A stretch of DNA of 64,000 bases, from contig CAVTCS010000003.1 of assembly GCA_963733295.1 (NCBI GenBank), forward strand, positions 2,464,001 through 2,528,000, read 5' to 3'. The notes under the pieces are model-generated. The model ran no database searches. It was not told the origin of the DNA and worked only from the letters and a program-made list of their open reading frames with translations. The number at the start of each line of letters is the position of its first letter. The stretch's first letter is position 1. Below are positions 1 through 10,200 of this stretch, one piece after another. The translations under genes and the position numbers were made by a program. This stretch comes from Vulcanimicrobiota bacterium (GTDB taxonomy: Bacteria; Vulcanimicrobiota; Vulcanimicrobiia; Vulcanimicrobiales; Vulcanimicrobiaceae).

Positions 1-1
1 C

Positions 2-373
2 GCGATCGACGATCCGCGCGCGAAACTCGACGAGTACATCGCTCATCGTCAAGCCCGCGAAGCCGCATTGCTCGCCGCGCTCGGCGCAGGCCCCCAAACG
101 ATTCCCGAGCTGGTGGCGCGCTTGTACGTCGACGTGGCACCGCTGCTCTGGCCGGCAGCCTCGCGCCAAATCCTCGCTTACTTGATCGCCCTCGAACGCG
201 AAGGCCGCGTGCGCGCGCGCGAGCTCCCACGATCGCCGAACGCGGCGGAGCGCGCCTTGCTCGCACCCGACCTCTCGAAACTGGCCGATCCCGAATCTGC
301 GGCTGTGGCCGCCGCCGAGCTCGGCTTCGACGCGGCGCCCGTCTCGATCGCGGCCTACGAACTCACGCGTTAG
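2..373 (+). CDS. MBL-fold metallo-hydrolase (LACTB2-like), C-terminal part; 5' truncated by window edge
   Basis: Frame is open from base 2: AIDDPRAKLDEYIAHRQARE..TIPELVARLYVDV..LWPAA..LAYLIALEREGRV resembles the winged-helix tail of LACTB2-type MBL hydrolases. Confidence 0.7.
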   Translation, partial: AIDDPRAKLDEYIAHRQAREAALLAALGAGPQTIPELVARLYVDVAPLLWPAASRQILAYLIALEREGRVRARELPRSPNAAERALLAPDLSKLADPESAAVAAAELGFDAAPVSIAAYELTR

Positions 374-1377
374 GAAACCGCGAGCACGACCTTACCGAAT
401 TGCTCGCTCGATGCCAGCCGCTGCGCGGCGGCTGCAGCCTCGTTCAGTGGAAACACCTTGTCGACCACCGGGCGCAGACCGCCCTCGAACAGCGTCAGCA
501 TGCCGGCGAAATCGCTCGGACTGCCCATCGACGTTCCGAGGATCGTCAGATGCTTCCAAAAGATCGAAAACGGCCGGATCTTCGCGTCGCCGGCGGTTCC
601 GCCGTACACGACGACCCGCGCTTCGTGCCGCGCGATATCCAAGCAACGCGAAAACGTCTCGCCTCCGGTCGAGTCGATGATGAGTGAAGGGCCGCCGCCG
701 CCCGCCGCATTGCGCGCTTCCTTGTGCCAATCGGGATTGGTCTTGTAGTTGATTCCCACGCCGGCGCCGAGCGCTTTCGCGCGCGCCAGCTTTTCGTCGC
801 TGCCCGAAGTCACGATGGTGCGCGCACCGGCGTGCACGGCATAGAGCAATGCAAAGGTTTGCACGCCGCCCCCGATGCCGGTAATCAGCACGACGTCGTC
901 CTTGCGAATTTGCCCGCGCGTGAACACGGCGCGGTACGCGGTCTCGCCGGCGAGCGGAATCGCCGCGGCCTCATCTTCGCTCAGCGCTGCCGGCTTCTTG
1001 TGAACGTTGCTTGCCGGCACGACCACGTACTCCGCAAACGTCCCGTCCAGAGGCATTCCGAGCACGCTGGCGCCCTTGTGCGCATGTCCGAGCGAGTCGC
1101 TCCATCCGATCTCCGGGTCGATCACCACCGCCGTTCCGATCGCCGGACCCGTCACGCCCGCGCCGAGCGCCGCCACGACGCCGGTCCCGTCGGAACCGAG
1201 CGTCTTCGGCAGTTCGATTCCCGGATACAACCCCTGCGTGATGAACACGTCGCGCCGGTTGAGCGCCGCGCGCGAAATTTTCACGACGATTTGCCCCGGT
1301 CCCGCGACCGGGTCGGCAATCTCCTCGACGTGCAGCTTCTCCGGACCACCAAGCTCGTTGAGCCGTACAGCTTTCAT
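370..1377 (-). CDS. Zinc-binding dehydrogenase / quinone oxidoreductase (MDR family)
   Basis: MKAVRL start, LGSDGTG, GIGGGV Rossmann motif, GTSMGS, QFGKVVL C-terminus. Confidence 0.9.
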   Translation of the reverse strand: MKAVRLNELGGPEKLHVEEIADPVAGPGQIVVKISRAALNRRDVFITQGLYPGIELPKTLGSDGTGVVAALGAGVTGPAIGTAVVIDPEIGWSDSLGHAHKGASVLGMPLDGTFAEYVVVPASNVHKKPAALSEDEAAAIPLAGETAYRAVFTRGQIRKDDVVLITGIGGGVQTFALLYAVHAGARTIVTSGSDEKLARAKALGAGVGINYKTNPDWHKEARNAAGGGGPSLIIDSTGGETFSRCLDIARHEARVVVYGGTAGDAKIRPFSIFWKHLTILGTSMGSPSDFAGMLTLFEGGLRPVVDKVFPLNEAAAAAQRLASSEQFGKVVLAVS

Positions 1378-1424
1378 GAAAACTGCGCTTAAGCGGCGAG
1401 AACCGGAAGTCCCGGCCGCGCCTG

Positions 1425-3452
1425 TTAGGTGAGGGTTGCGGTGCGCCGGCACCAGCGGTACAGGACCGCCGTCAGCGCGATGAAACCAACGGCGCCGAGC
1501 ACGGTCGCGGCGGTCTGGAACGAATCTCCGACGACCGCAAAGGGAGAGCCATTGCCGCTCACGACGATGACGCCGGCGAGCGCGACTCCGAACAAGCTCT
1601 CGCCGACGATGAGCCCGGACGCCAAGAGCGTGCCGAGCCGTTTCGCAAACTCCGGATGCGGAGCGCCGCGAGCCCAGCGATCGTAGGCCCAGCCGAGCAC
1701 CGCGCCGATGACGACCGGCGTGATCGTCGATGCGGGTAAGTAGATGCCGATGCCGACGGCGAGCGGCGGCAGCGCACCGCGCCGCGTGCGTCGCAAAACT
1801 TCATCGACGACGACAATCAGAGCGCCGACGGCCGCGCCGATTCCGATGAGACTCCAATCGATCTGTCCCGCGATGACGCCCTTCGCCAACGTCGAGATCA
1901 AAGTCGCTTGCGGCGCCGGCAGCGGATGCGAGGCGGTGTGGTGCGCGCTTGGAGCGCCGGCGAAACCGTACGCCGCGTTCAGCAGATCGAGAATCGGCGG
2001 GATGACGAGCGAGCCGAAGAACACGCCCACGATCAGCGCCACCTGCTGCCGCCAAGGCGTCGCATCGACGAGCTGACCGGTCTTGAGGTCTTGCAGGTTG
2101 TCGTTCGCGATGGTCGCGACGCACAACACCACGGCCGTCACGAACAATGCATACGCGACGAGCGCCGGCGCGACGTTTGGGCCGCCGTTTTGGCCGAGTA
2201 CGAGCAAAAGCAGCGACGCGCCGAGCACGGTCAGGATCGCGAGACCCGAGACCGGGCTGTTCGACGAACCGATCAGACCGGCCATGTAGCCGCAAGCGGC
2301 GGCAACCAGGAAGCCGGCCAGGCTGACGTACACGAGCGCGCCGATCGTCAGCGGCACGATGAGGCCGTTCAGCGCGCCGCCGCTCAAGAACAGCGCAAAC
2401 AGCGCGGCGAGTGGAACGAGGCACGCGACGCTGACGAGGCCGACGAGATTGATGGGAATGTCTTGCTCGACGCGCGGTAGATTCGCGCCGGCGTCGGTTC
2501 CGCGCAAGCGCGCGGCCGCGAGCGCTGAGCGCACGCCCATCGTCACCGGCACCGCTAACCTCCCGAGCGTCCAGATCGCCGCGATGCCGATGGCGCCCGC
2601 GCCGATGAAACGCACCTTGTGCGCCCAGACGGCGGTCGCGACGTCGATCGGCGTTCCGGCGAGCGGATGCAACGCCGTCAGGATCGGTACCGCCGCACCC
2701 CACGCAATCGCGAGTCCCGCCAGCATCGCCAAGCCGACCGATAGACCGATCAGGTGTCCGGCGCCGACCAGCGCCAGCGACAACGCGACGCCCATTCCGG
2801 TCGTGCTGTTACCGATGCGCACGTAATCCGCGACTTCGTCGGTGAAAAGCTGGGTCGCAACGACGGCCGCGAGCGCACCCGAGGCCAACGCTCCCCAAAC
2901 GACCGCCATCAGTCCGGCGGCATTTTCGGCCTGCGCCGTCGCGCTCGGCCCGACGGTCGCACCCGAAACGTCACGGCGCGAGCCGCTGCCGACGATCAAC
3001 ACTTCGGCAGCCGCGACTCCTTCGGGATACGGCAGATCGGATTGAGCGACGAGCGCGCGCCGCAACGGCACCGTGTACATCACGCCGAGGACGCCGCCGA
3101 TCGCGCAAACGCCGAACGTCTCCCAGTACGGAAAGCCCGTCCACCAGCCCACCATGACGAGACCGGGCAGAACGAAGATGATTGACGAGAGCGTGCCCGC
3201 CGCCGACGCAACCGTTTGCACGATGTTGTTTTCGAAGATCGTCGAATCTTTGAAGGCTCGCAGCACCGCCATCGAAATGACGGCGGCTGGAATCGACGAC
3301 GCAAACGTCAAGCCGACCTTCAACCCGAGGTACACGTTGGCGGCGGTGAAGACGAGCGTGATCGCGGCGCCGAGCAGCAACCCGCGCAACGTTATTTCGT
3401 TGAGCCGTTCGCCCGCGACGATTCGGGTTAACGGGCTCGGCGTTGCACTCAA
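1425..3452 (-). CDS. OPT family oligopeptide transporter
   Basis: NVYLGLKVG, SIPAAVIS, ENNIVQT, LPYPEG, NDNLQDLKTG, PAPQA motifs; TTG start. Confidence 0.95.
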   Translation of the reverse strand: MSATPSPLTRIVAGERLNEITLRGLLLGAAITLVFTAANVYLGLKVGLTFASSIPAAVISMAVLRAFKDSTIFENNIVQTVASAAGTLSSIIFVLPGLVMVGWWTGFPYWETFGVCAIGGVLGVMYTVPLRRALVAQSDLPYPEGVAAAEVLIVGSGSRRDVSGATVGPSATAQAENAAGLMAVVWGALASGALAAVVATQLFTDEVADYVRIGNSTTGMGVALSLALVGAGHLIGLSVGLAMLAGLAIAWGAAVPILTALHPLAGTPIDVATAVWAHKVRFIGAGAIGIAAIWTLGRLAVPVTMGVRSALAAARLRGTDAGANLPRVEQDIPINLVGLVSVACLVPLAALFALFLSGGALNGLIVPLTIGALVYVSLAGFLVAAACGYMAGLIGSSNSPVSGLAILTVLGASLLLLVLGQNGGPNVAPALVAYALFVTAVVLCVATIANDNLQDLKTGQLVDATPWRQQVALIVGVFFGSLVIPPILDLLNAAYGFAGAPSAHHTASHPLPAPQATLISTLAKGVIAGQIDWSLIGIGAAVGALIVVVDEVLRRTRRGALPPLAVGIGIYLPASTITPVVIGAVLGWAYDRWARGAPHPEFAKRLGTLLASGLIVGESLFGVALAGVIVVSGNGSPFAVVGDSFQTAATVLGAVGFIALTAVLYRWCRRTATLT

Positions 3453-3559
3453 AAAATGATCCTTCTATTCCGACGCAGGCGCGTTGCAAATCCGCTTTTG
3501 CGGCCGGCGTTCGCTTTCCTTACACGGCACGCGCGCCGGAAGCGGCGAATCTCGCGAAG

Positions 3560-4462
3560 TCAGCCCGTCTCTACGGCGGCCGGCGTCGATGCCGGCGCCT
3601 CGCTCGGCGCATCCGTCGGCGCCTCGCTCGGAGGTTGGGTCGCCGGCGACGGCTCTTCGGTCGCCGCTGCGGGCGCTTCGGTCGCAGACGGGATCGGCGT
3701 CTCGTCGGGTGGCGCAGTCGCGCTTTGCGGTTCCCCCGTCGGAAGCGCATACGGTGAGGCCGTCGGAACGGCGGCAAACGGTTGTGCGGCGGTGCGATAG
3801 AATTGCGGCAGATACGTCGCACCTTCGGCGGCGAGCGTCAGCGCCGTCGTGACGCCGCCTCCATAAAGAATCTGTGCGTAACCGGCGAGAGCAAGAATTG
3901 CGAGGCCGAGCAGCGAGGAAAGCCAGCCAATGCGGCTGCGGCCAACGACGGTTCCGGCGAAGAGGTCGCCGAGGCGCTGGTGACGCGGAGTGATGAGCGC
4001 CAGGACCGGGCCGACGACCAGAACGTCGACCGGGCGCAACAGCATGCGCAGCAGTGCCCGCCCGGGACCAACCCAGTTTCCGTTCGTGCGCCGCACGTGG
4101 AGCGCGAAAACGAGCTTACCGAGCGACGTTCCGAAGAGCCCTTCGCTCAACACCAACAGCAGGGCGGACGCGCCGAGCGAAACGAGCACGAGCAGCGTAA
4201 AGCTCGTCGCATCGTGCCCACCGAACGCGAAGCTTCCACCGGTCGACATCGCAAGGCCGAAGGTCGCGAAGAGAAACGTTACGCCGAAGACGTCGATCAG
4301 GAAGGCGCCGAATCGACCCAGCAGATAGACGCCGACGTTGCCGAACGGATGCTCGAATCTAGCCGGCGCCGGTACCGCCGGCGAAACGGCGACGGCCGGC
4401 CCGGAAACCGGCTGGGCCGGAATCGGCTGAGTCTCGTGGGGATCGTACGGCGGCGTCTCCAT
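3560..4462 (-). CDS. RDD family membrane protein with Pro/Ala/Thr-rich tail
   Basis: RFGAFLID, GTSLGK, QRLGDLFAGTVV. Confidence 0.85.
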   Translation of the reverse strand: METPPYDPHETQPIPAQPVSGPAVAVSPAVPAPARFEHPFGNVGVYLLGRFGAFLIDVFGVTFLFATFGLAMSTGGSFAFGGHDATSFTLLVLVSLGASALLLVLSEGLFGTSLGKLVFALHVRRTNGNWVGPGRALLRMLLRPVDVLVVGPVLALITPRHQRLGDLFAGTVVGRSRIGWLSSLLGLAILALAGYAQILYGGGVTTALTLAAEGATYLPQFYRTAAQPFAAVPTASPYALPTGEPQSATAPPDETPIPSATEAPAAATEEPSPATQPPSEAPTDAPSEAPASTPAAVETG

Positions 4463-4497
4463 CGTTTACCCGTGTACTGCCGAACGCGCTCGAAGTG

Positions 4498-6108
4498 TCA
4501 GACGAACCCGCTCGCGGCGGTCGCGCCCTTCTTGAGGAGCTCCGCCTGACGCAGTTCGACGCGCCGGATTTTGCCCGAGCGCGTTTTCGGCAGGTCGGCG
4601 ACGAACTCGATCTCGCGGGGATACTTATACGGCGCGGTCACGCGTTTGCAGTGCTCTTGAAGCTCCCGTACGAGCGCGTCGCTCGGCTCGTTGCCGGGCC
4701 GTAGCACGACGAACGCTTTCACGACGTTGCCGCGGTCGGAGTCGGGACTCCCGACGACCGCCGATTCCATGACCGCCGGATGCTCGAGCAGCGCGCTCTC
4801 AACTTCGAACGGACCGATGCGATACGCGCCCGACGAGATGACGTCGTCCGCGCGTCCCACAAACCAGAAGTAGCCGTCGTCGTCGACCTGCGCCCGGTCT
4901 CCCGTGAGGTACCATTCGCCGCGTCGCATCGCGGCCGTCTCTTCTTCGTTCTTATAGTAGCCGCGGAAAAGCGTCGGCGGATCGCCGCGCAGGCCGATGT
5001 CGCCAACCTCTCCCGGTGCGCACTCTTTGCCCTCCGAATCGACCACGCCGACGTCGTGCCCGGGCGTCGGTTTTCCCATCGAACCCGGTCGAACGTCCAT
5101 TCCGGGAGCGTTTGCGACGAGGAGCGAGTTCTCGGTCTGCCCGTAGCCGTCGAGAATCGTCAGTCCGAATGCAGCCTTCCACAACGCGAGCACTTCGGGA
5201 TTGAGCGGTTCGCCGGCCGAAACGCAGTGGCGTAGCTTCGGCAGCTTCCAGCGCTCGCCCAGCTTTTCGAGTTTTGCTTCGATGCGGTACTCCGTCGGCG
5301 CTTGGCACAAGATCGTCACACCGAGGTCGCGTATGAAGTCCATGCGTTGCACCGGTTCGAAGGCGCCTTCGTGTAGCACGATCGCCGCGCCGCACGACCA
5401 CGGACCGAGCATGACGTTCCACAGCGATTTAGCCCAGCCCGTTCCCGCGGTGCACCAGAGCAAGTCGTCCGGCTTCGCATCGAGCCAAAACTCGGCTTGC
5501 ATCCGCTTGGCAAACGTATAGGCGTGGTCGTGCACGACGCCTTTTGGATCCTTGGTCGTGCCGCTGGTGTACACGATGTAGGCGAGGTCTTCGGCGCGCG
5601 TTGCGTGACCGGCGAACTCCGGCGCGTTCGCAGCGAGCCGGTCGAGCCCGGTCCAACCCTCGGCCTCGCCGCCCACCAGAAGGAAGCGTGTTACGCCGGG
5701 AGCGAGCGGACGCATCAGATCGACTTCCGCGTGGTTCGAGAGGTGCGCCACGATGGTCGTCGCCTCACTGTGGTTCGCGCGAAATGCCAAGTCTTTGGCG
5801 CGCAGCTGCTCGGAGCACGGAACGACGACCGCACCGAGCCGATCCAATGCCGTCATCGCGTAAAGCCATGCCGGAATCTTCGGAAGGAGGACGACCACTC
5901 GCTCGCCTTTTCCGATTCCGAGCTGGTGGAACGCGCCCGCCCAGCGGCGCGTCGCGGCGGCGATCTGCGGAAAAGTCGATTCGTGCCGTTGGCCTTTTGC
6001 ATCGACGAAAAGCAGCCCGAGCCGGTTCTCGCCGCCCAGCTTGTCGATGACGTCGCGGCCGAAATTGAATTCCGGTGGAACCGACCAAACGAAGGAACCC
6101 GATTGCAT
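4498..6108 (-). CDS. Acyl-CoA synthetase (medium-chain, AMP-binding)
   Basis: YTSGTTKDPKG, SAGEPLNP, GYGQTE, GRADDVI, PKTRSGKIRR. Confidence 0.95.
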   Translation of the reverse strand: MQSGSFVWSVPPEFNFGRDVIDKLGGENRLGLLFVDAKGQRHESTFPQIAAATRRWAGAFHQLGIGKGERVVVLLPKIPAWLYAMTALDRLGAVVVPCSEQLRAKDLAFRANHSEATTIVAHLSNHAEVDLMRPLAPGVTRFLLVGGEAEGWTGLDRLAANAPEFAGHATRAEDLAYIVYTSGTTKDPKGVVHDHAYTFAKRMQAEFWLDAKPDDLLWCTAGTGWAKSLWNVMLGPWSCGAAIVLHEGAFEPVQRMDFIRDLGVTILCQAPTEYRIEAKLEKLGERWKLPKLRHCVSAGEPLNPEVLALWKAAFGLTILDGYGQTENSLLVANAPGMDVRPGSMGKPTPGHDVGVVDSEGKECAPGEVGDIGLRGDPPTLFRGYYKNEEETAAMRRGEWYLTGDRAQVDDDGYFWFVGRADDVISSGAYRIGPFEVESALLEHPAVMESAVVGSPDSDRGNVVKAFVVLRPGNEPSDALVRELQEHCKRVTAPYKYPREIEFVADLPKTRSGKIRRVELRQAELLKKGATAASGFV

Positions 6109-6141
6109 GGAGCGCCCCTTCGCGGGGCGAAGCGCGCCTCC

Positions 6142-6375
6142 ATGCGCTCCCGTTCACTGCTCGAGTCGCTCGTTCGCAGCTCCAAGATCAAGATCGGGAA
6201 GCGAGTTCGCGTTCAAGGCGTGCCGGCGATCCTCAGCGGGGTCGCCATCGTCATCGCCGCCGCGGGCACGTTCCGCTTCGTCGAGCGAGCGGCCCCGATG
6301 TTGCTCGAAGGGTTGCGCGAGGTACGCGAACTCTGGAAGACCGTCCGTGGCGAGCGGCCGGAACTCAATCCCTAG
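6142..6375 (+). CDS. Small hypothetical membrane protein (77 aa)
   Basis: ATG at 6142; one hydrophobic segment (VPAILSGVAIVIAAAG); fills the gap before bolA. Confidence 0.65.
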   Translation: MRSRSLLESLVRSSKIKIGKRVRVQGVPAILSGVAIVIAAAGTFRFVERAAPMLLEGLREVRELWKTVRGERPELNP

Positions 6376-6396
6376 GGCGCGAATCGCCCTGGTCGC

Positions 6397-6630
6397 ATGA
6401 TTGAGAATAGAGCCATGGTCGCGCTGATCCGGAGCGCCCTGCCCGACGCCGAAGTCGACGTCGTGGACTTGACCGGCACCATGGACCACTTTGACGTGTT
6501 CGTACGTTCGAAAGCGTTTGCCGGCGTCTCCCTCATGGACCGCCACCGGATGGTCGAGAACGCGCTAGCGCAAGCCCGCGCAGACGGCCGGATTCACGCG
6601 ATGGCCATCCGCACCGAAATCTTGGAGTAA
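6397..6630 (+). CDS. bolA: BolA/IbaG family protein
   Basis: DHFDVFVRSKAFAG..RHRMV..IHAMAIRT; adjacent to glutaredoxin. Confidence 0.9.
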   Translation: MIENRAMVALIRSALPDAEVDVVDLTGTMDHFDVFVRSKAFAGVSLMDRHRMVENALAQARADGRIHAMAIRTEILE

Positions 6631-6633
6631 GAT

Positions 6634-6993
6634 ATGTCACCCGACGACCTCCGCCACCAGATCGAACGCGAGATCGAAGAGAACAAGATCCTCGTCTACG
6701 GCAAAGGTACCAAAGACGTACCGCGCTGCGGCTTCACCGCCGAGACGATTCAGTTTTTCGGCCGTTTCGGTTACCCGTTCGAAGTCATCGACGTGCTCGA
6801 AGACGGGCCGAAACGCGAAGCGCTCTCGTCGATGACGAACTGGCCGACGCTTCCCAAAGTTTTCATCGGCGGGAAGTTTTACGGCGACACGGACATCTTG
6901 GGGCCGATGGAAGAGAACGGCGAACTCAAGACGGTTCTCGCTGAAACCTTTGCGGGAGAGCCACAGCCCTCACCGGCCATCAAGCTGCACTAG
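6634..6993 (+). CDS. grxD: Monothiol glutaredoxin (Grx4 family)
   Basis: KGT..PRCGFT, NWPTLPKVFIGG. Confidence 0.88.
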   Translation: MSPDDLRHQIEREIEENKILVYGKGTKDVPRCGFTAETIQFFGRFGYPFEVIDVLEDGPKREALSSMTNWPTLPKVFIGGKFYGDTDILGPMEENGELKTVLAETFAGEPQPSPAIKLH

Positions 6994-7007
6994 AACCGTT
7001 CGTCCGG

Positions 7008-7502
7008 TCAGGCGCGCGCTTTTTGATGGGCGCGCGGGGGCGGAGCGCCGTCTGGATCGATGATCGCACCGGCCGGTGAGGCCAGCAAGCGCTGCAATTC
7101 CGCGGGATCCAGCGTTTGCGAAAAATCTCGCGCCGCCGTAACGATGCAGAAGAATCCGAACGGCTCGCTACCGCGGTTGACGAATTGGTGCGGTACCAGC
7201 GGGCCGACGTAGACGACGTCGTGCCGTTTGATCTCACGCACCTCGGTCCCGACTACCGCATGGCCGGCGCCCTCGCCGACGATGACGAAGTGTTCGTGCT
7301 CGTGCTTTTCGAGGCGCGTCACCGCACCGGGCGGCACGCTGAAGTACCGAACCTCCAGATGCGGACCGGGTTCGTCCGGCGACGACTTCCGGCTTCCGAT
7401 CAGCGTGTGCCGGACGACGTTCGTCACCTCGCCCGGCACGTAACCCTCGGGCTCGATGCCGTCCCAGCCGTTGTCCGTCTTTCGGACGATCCGCTCTTGC
7501 AT
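7008..7502 (-). CDS. Cupin domain protein
   Basis: HEHEH and PHQF metal-binding motifs; ATG at 7502. Confidence 0.88.
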   Translation of the reverse strand: MQERIVRKTDNGWDGIEPEGYVPGEVTNVVRHTLIGSRKSSPDEPGPHLEVRYFSVPPGAVTRLEKHEHEHFVIVGEGAGHAVVGTEVREIKRHDVVYVGPLVPHQFVNRGSEPFGFFCIVTAARDFSQTLDPAELQRLLASPAGAIIDPDGAPPPRAHQKARA

Positions 7503-7605
7503 GCAGTCGAGTTTACCACGCCGGGGCGCGAAAGTGCCAGGAGACCTCTCAGACGGAGAGCAACGGCGCCGGGAGCGACGCGGCGCGCGTGACGGGGCGA
7601 ATCCC

Positions 7606-8067
7606 ATGCACAACTACTGGCTGTTCAAAACGGAACCGACGACGTACGGATGGGAGCGGCTCGAGCGCGAGGGACGCACCGAGTGGAGCGGCGTGCGGAA
7701 CTTTCAAGCGCGCAACAACATGCTCGAGATGAAGCTCGGCGATCTCGGCTTCTTCTACCACTCGAGCACGAAGGTACCGTGCATCGTCGGCATCGTGAAA
7801 GTCGTCAAGGAAGCGTATCCCGACTTCACGGCGTTCGATCGCGAAAGTCCATACTACGATCCACGCTCGAAACCGGAACGCCCCATCTGGCAGATGGTCG
7901 ACGTCGAGCCCGAACGCCCGCTGCCGCGCCCCGTAACGCTCGCCGAACTGCGCGACAATCCGGATCTCGCCGGAACGATGACGTTGCTCAAGCGCGGCTC
8001 GCGACTCTCGGTGCAGCCGGTGCACGTGCGCGAGTGGAAGATCATCCTCGCACTCGCCGAGCGCTAA
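7606..8067 (+). CDS. EVE domain protein
   Basis: YWLFKTEP, WSGVRNFQARN, FFYHS, SRLSVQPV. Confidence 0.95.
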   Translation: MHNYWLFKTEPTTYGWERLEREGRTEWSGVRNFQARNNMLEMKLGDLGFFYHSSTKVPCIVGIVKVVKEAYPDFTAFDRESPYYDPRSKPERPIWQMVDVEPERPLPRPVTLAELRDNPDLAGTMTLLKRGSRLSVQPVHVREWKIILALAER

Positions 8068-10151
8068 ATCGCCTGCGAAGCCTCTAAGAACGCTTCGTGC
8101 GCGCAAAAGAGCGGCTCGTCTTCGCCGGGGTTCCGCCGCGCGTAGGTGCCGTCGGAGCGCAGCCAGCGCGTGTTGACGTTGTCCGCGCGGAGCACCTCGA
8201 CGATCGTCGCGATCGTGTCTTGGACCGCGGGATCGAGCACCGGCACGATCGTTTCGACCCGGCGATCTAGATTACGCCCCATCCAATCCGCGCTCCCGAT
8301 GTAAATCTCACGCTCGCCGCCGTTCGTGAAGATGTAGATGCGCGAATGCTCGAGGAAGCGTCCCACGATGCTCCGCACGGTGATCGTCTCGCTAACGTTC
8401 GGAATGCCCGGCTTCAGTTCGCATTGGCCGCGCACGATCAGATCGATGGGCACACCCGCCTGCGATGCTCGGTACAGCGTCTGGACCAGCGACACGTCGC
8501 TGATCGCGTTGAGTTTGGCCGTGATCCCGGCCGGCCTTCCGGCCCGCGCGTGCGCGGCCTCGCGTTCGATCAGCTCGACGAATCCGGTTCGCAGGGTGGT
8601 CGGAGCGACGAGCAGCTCCTCGTAACGGACGTCTTTCGCGAAGCCGGTGAGCCGGTTGAAGAGGTGCGTCGCATCCGCACCGAGTTCCGGCCGGCACGTG
8701 AAGAGCGAAAGATCGGTGTAGATCCGCGCCGTCCTTTCGTTGTAGTTGCCGGTACCGAAGTGGACGTAGCGCCGGATGCCGTCCGGCTCGTCGCGTACGA
8801 CCAAGATGACCTTCGCGTGGACCTTGAGTCCGGGAAAACCGTAAACGACGTGGGCGCCGACGTGCTCGAGGTTTCGCGCCCAGTGAATGTTGTTCTCTTC
8901 GTCAAAGCGCGCTTTGAGCTCGATGAGCGCGGCGACTTGCTTCCCGTTCTCAGCCGCTTCGATCAGCGCTTGAATCACGGGCGAAGTTCCGCTGGTGCGG
9001 TAGAGCGTCTGTTTGATCGCCAGCACGTGCGGATCTGACGCGGCCTGGCGCACGAATTGCACGACCGGATCGAAGGATTCGTAGGGATGGTGCAAGAGCA
9101 GATCGCCGTCGCGAATCGCCGCGAACATGTCGCGCTCCGCGATCAAGCGCTGGGGGATTGCAGGCGTGAACGGTTGGTCGTGCAGTTCGGGTCGCTCGAT
9201 GCCGACGATCGTCCAGAGGTCCGACGTACCCAGCATCGCATCGAGCTTGTAGAGATCGACGGGTTCGAGCGAGAGCGCCTCGAGCAGCATCGCGCACAGA
9301 TGCTCGGGCATCCCACTCTCGACTTCGAGGCGTACCGGTTCGCCGAAACGACGCCGCCGCAACTCGGATTCGATGGCGCGCAAGAGATCGTCGGCCTCAT
9401 CTTCTTGAATGTCGAGGTCGGCGTCGCGCGTCACGCGGAAGAGGTAGGACGCGCGAATCCGCATTCCCGGAAAGAGCGCGGACATGTTGTGCGCGATGAC
9501 GTCCTCGAGCATGACGAACTGCTTCTCGTCGCCGAACGATTCGATCGGCATAAAGCGCGGTAAGCTCGGCGGCACTTTGACTCGTGCGAAGTGCGAGATC
9601 GGGCCGTCGGGCGTCGACTCTTCCATCTCGACGCCGAGCGATAGCGAGAGATTCGAGATGTAAGGAAACGGGTGGCCCTGGTCGACCGCCAGAGGCGTCA
9701 ACACCGGAAACACGCGCTCGTGAAACGTCCTTTCGAGCTCCAGCCGGATGCGCTCGTCGAGTTCGTCGTAACGACGCACGCGAATTCCCTCGCGCCCGAG
9801 CGCGGGCCACAACTCGCCGTTCATCAAGTGCGTGAAACGATCGAGCGAAACGCGCAAGCGCGCGGAGATCGCCGCCAGCTGCTCTTCGGGTAAGCGGCCG
9901 TCGACCGAGCGCTTGTGCACCTCGGCTTCGATTTGCTGTTTGAGCGGCGCCACGCGGATCATGAAATATTCGTCAAGATTCGTGCCGAAGATCGCGGTGA
10001 ACTTGACGCGCTCGAGCAGCGGGTTGCGCGGATCGGAAGCCTCCTCGAGCACGCGGTCGTTGAACTCGAGCCAAGAGAGTTCGCGGCTGTAATAGAGCGA
10101 GGGGTCGTCGAGACTCGGCGCCGACTCGGTCGACTCGAAAGGGGCGATCAT
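8064..10151 (-). CDS. ppk1: Polyphosphate kinase 1
   Basis: RELSWLEFN, HPFPYIS, HHPYESF, ELKARFDEENN, KVHAK, GRFLEHSR. Confidence 0.98.
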   Translation of the reverse strand: MIAPFESTESAPSLDDPSLYYSRELSWLEFNDRVLEEASDPRNPLLERVKFTAIFGTNLDEYFMIRVAPLKQQIEAEVHKRSVDGRLPEEQLAAISARLRVSLDRFTHLMNGELWPALGREGIRVRRYDELDERIRLELERTFHERVFPVLTPLAVDQGHPFPYISNLSLSLGVEMEESTPDGPISHFARVKVPPSLPRFMPIESFGDEKQFVMLEDVIAHNMSALFPGMRIRASYLFRVTRDADLDIQEDEADDLLRAIESELRRRRFGEPVRLEVESGMPEHLCAMLLEALSLEPVDLYKLDAMLGTSDLWTIVGIERPELHDQPFTPAIPQRLIAERDMFAAIRDGDLLLHHPYESFDPVVQFVRQAASDPHVLAIKQTLYRTSGTSPVIQALIEAAENGKQVAALIELKARFDEENNIHWARNLEHVGAHVVYGFPGLKVHAKVILVVRDEPDGIRRYVHFGTGNYNERTARIYTDLSLFTCRPELGADATHLFNRLTGFAKDVRYEELLVAPTTLRTGFVELIEREAAHARAGRPAGITAKLNAISDVSLVQTLYRASQAGVPIDLIVRGQCELKPGIPNVSETITVRSIVGRFLEHSRIYIFTNGGEREIYIGSADWMGRNLDRRVETIVPVLDPAVQDTIATIVEVLRADNVNTRWLRSDGTYARRNPGEDEPLFCAHEAFLEASQAI

Positions 10152-10200
10152 CTGCTCTCCTTCGCGCAGGGACGCACGAAATCCACGTTAACTGTAGTTT

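Noticed and set aside
3560..3780. Short direct repeat GGCGCCTCGCTCGG in the RDD gene
   Set aside because: It encodes a low-complexity Pro/Ala/Glu tail and is not an array
7606..8067. EVE domain as a modification-dependent restriction component
   Set aside because: Standalone, with no nuclease or toxin neighbour
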